From Octopus vulgaris (Eukaryota): DNA of 64,000 nucleotides. Location: assembly GCA_951406725.2 (NCBI GenBank), contig OX597819.1, positions 29,946,001 to 30,010,000 of the forward strand. The letters run 5' to 3'. The notes under the pieces were generated by a model that worked only from the letters and a program-made list of their open reading frames with translations, made no database searches and was not told the origin of the DNA. Positions 56,839-64,000 of the stretch are shown piece by piece; the first letter of the stretch is position 1, and every line of letters begins with the position of its first letter. The position numbers were made by a program, and so were the translations under genes.

Positions 56839-56922
<84 letters not shown>
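56600..56922. repeat. (CTAT)n microsatellite
   Basis: Directly visible; the same class occurs as (GATA)n at 52353-52503. Confidence 0.95.
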
Positions 56923-56923
<1 letters not shown>

Positions 56924-57849
56924 AAAGAACACAAATAGGTTAAGGTTCACTGCAGCTGTTTCAGACGTGGTTTTTTTATTGATGAGCAATTCGATTACAT
57001 CCTGAAAAAACCCGTTTTCTTCAGGTGAATTAAAATTTAAAATTTGGTTCGAAGAAAAAATACTAAGATATGAAATATGGATTGACCCTCTCATATATGC
57101 ATATGTATGTATAGATGCATATTTCCCGAATAACACTTGACGTGTACTGTGACTGAAACCGAATTCACGTGACTGTGACGTGTTCCTTACAGTCACGCTT
57201 GCGAAGTTTGCGTATTTGAGCGATAATTTTATTCGTACACGAATTTTGATGTGGTTGAAATATAATCCCCCCCCCCCCCGATATATGTGAGTAGAGTTAT
57301 TAACTACTTTTTCTTTCTTTTACAGATATTTTAAATTATTTTTATTTATTTATTGTTCAATGGTTTGATTGTGGATTGCATGTAGTAATTAGGGAGACAG
57401 ACAGACAGACAGACAGACAGGCAGACACAGGAAGAGAATAGAAAGAGAATGATGTTAAGAGGAGTGTAGAAGGAGTAGTAGAAAAGTCGGAGTAGAGGAG
57501 AAAAGAAGTTATAAACAAAGCAAGCGAGGTCAGGACTTTGAGGAGAAGTAAGAGGAAGACTATTAAAGGTGTTAGCAAAAGTCTTTCTATTGCCGCCATT
57601 ATTGTGATTGTTTTTGTAGCAGGAGGGTTGCTGTTGTTGTTGTTATTGCAAATACAATGTTTCCTTTTGCATGTTTTTTTTTTTTTTTTGCTTATTATTA
57701 TCATCATCATCATCATTTCTGTCTTTTAGAGCTGAGCTGAAAATGTAACCATTTGTTTTTACATGTACAAATCAATCAACCACATCGTTCTAGTCCTTCG
57801 TTTTTGACTTGATTTAGTTCAATAGACATGGTGGTCTGGTTTTCTTCTA

Positions 57850-57910
57850 CCAATGAATAGCTGACGTCATAACTTCAGTGTGCTGCGTAGCCAATCAAAT
57901 GGATAAATAT
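57850..57910. promoter_or_regulatory. Candidate CCAAT-CRE-CCAAT module in unique sequence
   Basis: CCAAT at 57850, perfect TGACGTCA at 57862-57869, GCCAATCA at 57890; motif evidence only. Confidence 0.3.
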
Positions 57911-58149
57911 TCTAAACTGTGCTCAGATGGGATGGGGGTGGGTGGGGCAGAGACATGTGGAAGAGTAGACGGGAAAAAACATGACTAAAGCATGAAATAT
58001 AACAAAAATTTATATAAAAAGAAACGAAATGGTTTAAATTCGATTCACATGCATACACTATTCTATATAAATCAGTGTGTATTCATGTATGTTAATTATG
58101 TTTATGCAATCGTAAATTTTGTGTATACACGTGTATGAGGATTTTGGTG

Positions 58150-60280
<2,131 letters not shown>

Positions 60281-61029
60281 TCAATGCTTGCTGAATACAA
60301 TTACGATATGAGTTTCATTCTCCGTAAGAATCTTCGCTGCTCATCACTGCATTCTATGTTTTCAGATCGGTGGTGGGGTGGTGCTCGGTTAGAGGGTATT
60401 CGTAAATATTGTGGAGTCTTTATTTTTTAATATTTTATTTTCCTGGGTAGGGAATCCTTTACACACACACCCATATATATATATATATATATTCATATAT
60501 AATTATATCTTTGGTTACTTTTTTTTTCTGCTGTATTAACTTCTCTCTTTCTGTCTCTCTCTCTCACTTGTTGTTGTTGTGAGAGAGAGAGAGAGAGAGA
60601 GAGAGAAGGAAGCGAAACCTCATTGATGCAAAAACACTACATACAGAACTTCGTTTGTTTTCAATATACAGAGCAGCTACTGTTGTTTATTTCTAATGAA
60701 TCATTTAAAGTTCGTTTCGTTGAAAGAATAGCTAACAAATTATTATACACAGTGGAACTTAAACTTAAACTTTTGTACCTTTTTCATGTTCTATAAACAA
60801 TCAGTGCTTTCTACCAATGGGCGATTGCCTCCCAAGGAAAGACACGTTGCAAGACGCAAGTGTTTTCACGATCATAGCTTTCTCGAGGGTATAAGCAGTG
60901 CAAAAGAAGTGTGCTAGATAAAACAGGAAACGGAACACAAATCAGAAACTCAACTTATACAACTGCTTGTTTTCCTTGTGCTCTACTCACTCCGTTGTGG
61001 CTTAATCTTTTTGCTGTTTTATCTTCTAA

Positions 61030-61514
61030 CTTGCTTCAGTCATTAAACTAGAGGTACGCTGGGTCACCGCCATGAAGTTGAATGAATCGACCCTAGTAGT
61101 TATTCATTTAAAGCTTGGTACTTATTTTATCGATCTATTTTGTCGAACCGCTAAGTTATTGAGACATAAACCCACCAGCACCGATTGTCAAGAGGTGGTT
61201 GGGGACAAACAGAGACAGAAACACATACACACACATACGAACGCACACACACAAACACACACATATATGAGTGTCTCCCCTACTTTCCTTCTCCTGTCTG
61301 ACCCTTCTGTCCAGCACTAGTCGCCATGATAGATCGTTAGCCACTACACACATTTTTTTCTCTCCTTATTTCTCTCGTTTTTTCCGTGTACCTTTCTGTA
61401 GTAGAGCGTAGGCTCGAAACGTAAAAGACTTTTTCTATTCCTGAACGTTATACTAACACATCTGTTTGTTTCGTACACCACCTGTCTTTGCCTTTTGTTT
61501 TTTTCGTAAACTTT

Positions 61515-61552
<38 letters not shown>

Positions 61553-61714
61553 GACGGGCTTCTTTCAGTTTCTGTCTACGAAATCCAGTCACAAGGCTTT
61601 GGTCAGCTCGAGGCTACAGTAGAAGACATTTGCCCAATATGCCACACAGTGAGACTGAACCTGGAACCATGTGGTTGGGAAGCAAGCCTCTTACCACACA
61701 CTCACACCTGCGCC
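61030..61714 (-). mobile_element. Diverged SINE family B with a nested insert (about 61270-61520)
   Basis: Tail at about 61030-61220 and head at 61550-61714. Part of the insert recurs at about 35913-35980. Confidence 0.75.
61392..61427 (+). ncRNA. Degenerate ultra-minimal hammerhead-like motif
   Basis: cttt ctgtagt a gagc gtag gctc GAAAC GTA aaag: helices I and II and GAAAC-GUA intact, CUGANGA box altered. Confidence 0.45.
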
Positions 61715-62048
61715 TGCTTGTTTTTGTATATTTTGTAGTTCCATTTTGGTTAATCAACAACGTGTGGAAATATAGTATAAAATCAACTTTGTCCGATACT
61801 TGATTTCTTTTCATCATCATTTTTTCTCTATCTTCTTTAGAAAAAGAAAGTCTAACATTTTAAAACTTACTATTTTAAAGGAAAGAACGGCTGTATATTG
61901 TTCAACTTTAACAGTGGGACCTACGATTATAAATGTAAGTGAGTTGGGCTCAACAATTGAGACTTGATGCTATTCAAGAAACAAGTCTGAAAACAATAGT
62001 TCTATGGTTCAAACCTTGCAAGATTTATTCAAATAAATACAAAGTAAT

Positions 62049-62213
62049 ACAGTTCTATATTTAAGAGATGAGGAATTATGTACATTACTTACATTTGACG
62101 GATATTTGTCCTCATCTTGTTTGCTGTTAACACAACGTTTCAGCTGATATACCCTCCAGCCTTCATCGGGTGTTTTAGGGAAGTTTCGAACCTGGGTTCT
62201 CATTCCTAAGCTG

Positions 62214-62247
<34 letters not shown>

Positions 62248-62442
62248 GTTGTTGTTGTTGTTATTATTATTTAGCTTACTGCCTGGAATAGAACTCAAAA
62301 TGTTGGGGTTAGTAGCCCGCGCTCTTAACCACTACGCCATATGCTCGTGATGAAGGCTGGAGGGTATAACAGCCGAAACGTTGTGTTAACAACAAACAAG
62401 ATGAGGACAAGTATCCATCAAATGTAAATAATGTAAATAATG
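62049..62442 (-). mobile_element. tRNA-headed, hammerhead-bearing SINE with inverted 5' partial repeat and 15-bp TSD
   Basis: TAAATACAAAGTAAT at 62034-62048 and 62443-62457; tRNA-like head 62345-62278 (A box TGGCGTAGTGG, B box GAGTTCTATTCC), (AAT/AAC)n linker, hammerhead, and inverted copy at 62348-62442. Confidence 0.85.
62129..62174 (-). ncRNA. Minimal hammerhead ribozyme
   Basis: Minus strand: aacac CCGATGA a ggctg gagggtatat cagct GAAAC GTT gtgtt; AACGTT palindrome. The inverted copy reads TGATGA a ggctg..cagcc GAAAC GTT gtgtt. Confidence 0.75.
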
Positions 62443-63080
62443 TAAATACAAAGTAATCTAAATGTTAAGTGCAACTCTAACGTGTTGTATCAAGTTGACA
62501 TAATGGAGCTATTGTGGTTGCTTCGACTCGGATTAGCTTTCACTGAGTAAATTTGTCAAAGGCGTTCTAATCGATTTTTTTTATCGGGAATTGTGTACCT
62601 AGACCTCTTTTCTCTCCTTAAGTTGGTAGGGCATAATTTGAAGTATTTGACAACCATTTTTATTAGATCGAGCGAACAAGAAGAGGTTCTTTCGTTTGAT
62701 CATACTGACGTAAGAATTTTGATAAGCACTTGGAGGGAATCATGTTGAAGTCTCCATTTTAGTCATTGGTTAATAAATTTTATTATAGGAGTAATTTTAT
62801 TTTAACTCTACCAGAAATAGTGGATGATCTTGCTGGATTCAGGTTTCGATTTAAGTGAGGAAAGAGGGCGATAATTCCATCCTGTTATACAAACCACCAA
62901 AATATTAGTCAGTCTACAACTAAATTATTCCTGTTCTAGTCAGAGCTATTGTATTCTTACATTTTCATATTTAAATGAGCTCAGTAATTTACTCGGGTAT
63001 TGCGTATCTAGAATTACATTTTCTATTCCTGTCGGTAGGATGTGATTTGAGGTGGTTGGCATTTATTTCTCGTATATGTC

Positions 63081-63363
63081 CTAGTGGTTAGAGCAGCGGA
63101 CTCACGGTCGAGGGATCGCGGGTTCGAATCTCAGACTGGGCGATGTGTGTGTTTATGAGCGAAACACCTAAGCTCCACGCGGCTCCGGCAGAAGGTAATG
63201 GCGAACTTCTGCTGACTCTTTCGCCACAACTTTCTCTCACTCTTTCCTCCTGCATCTTGCAGCTCACCTGCGACGGACCGGCGTCCCGTCCAGGTGGGGA
63301 ACCTATACGCCAAGAAACCGGGAAACCGGCCCTTATGAGCCAGGCATCGTTCGAGAAGGAACA
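63081..63363 (+). mobile_element. SINE with family C head and a different (V-SINE-like) 3' part
   Basis: Head and body match family C up to cactctttc; then cctgcgacggaccggcgtcccgtccagg..gaaaccgggaaaccggcccttatgagcc. Confidence 0.78.
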
Positions 63364-63969
63364 AATATACATATATATATATTTCTCGTACATGACAACA
63401 TCAGTGCAAAGCAGAAACTTCGAGGACCTACGAAATTTAAACGGCCATTCCGTTATATACTGAAATCATGAAGACCAAACTACCAAAGTTGACACTTTGT
63501 TACGGATATTGAAAGATATGCTCAAAAAAAAAAGACCATAACTATCATTCGCGTATGGCCTAGTAACATGTACCATGCTTTCGCAAATTGTGTTAGGTTC
63601 CTATGCAAGCACTAAAAGACATTGACGCCCTCTCGGCCCTCTTACCCCTGACCCATCGGAGCATGAGAAATTGGAGCAATGTGAAATAAAATGCCTTACT
63701 CAAAAGACGAAACGCACAGTCCGTTCCACAACATTAAGATCAGGAGCAAAGCACTCTAACCACTGAGACATGTATCTTCGTATTAGGCGAAGGATATGCA
63801 TTTTCGTCTAAATAAAGACGAATTTCACAAACACCAAGTTGTTTTTATGCTAATAGACATAGTGACTCGATAAAAGGAGCCAATTGTATCACTGATGAAT
63901 CTCAGCATATTTTCCAGCAATCGAAACTTTTCTACTCTATGAATAATGTATCATTTTATACATACTAGA

Positions 63970-64000
63970 GGATCTTTTCGGTTTGAACGGCAGTTTTTTC
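63970..64000. mobile_element. MITE copy 4 (left TIR, cut by the window edge)
   Basis: ggatcttttcggtttgaacggcagttttttc. Confidence 0.85.

Noticed and set aside
62278-62345. tRNA gene (also the SINE heads at 18074, 29524, 50967)
   Set aside because: A and B boxes are present, but the acceptor and T stems are imperfect and each is fused to a repeat body; these are SINE heads.

Overview
AT-rich eukaryotic non-coding DNA, most likely intronic or intergenic sequence from an octopod cephalopod (inferred from the SINE repertoire and extreme microsatellite load). I cannot support any intact host gene; most ORF-track entries are translations of microsatellites or SINEs. The window is a mosaic of mobile DNA: three tRNA-derived SINE families, decayed Penelope-like elements (PLEs; one Neptune-like, one Naiad-like), RTE and R4/Dong LINE fragments, Tc1, mariner, Chapaev3 and hAT remnants, and several MITEs. 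The strongest hidden signal is a set of minimal type-I hammerhead ribozymes with palindromic helix III, read by eye in about 8 unrelated short repeats. These include a complete TSD-flanked tRNA-headed SINE carrying a hammerhead (62049-62442) and two permuted ~1.5-mer retrozyme-like inserts in (TA)n. A second notable structure is a polarised SINE array that appears to have grown by repeated insertion at one target site. All family and clade names come from motif recognition, not database searches.
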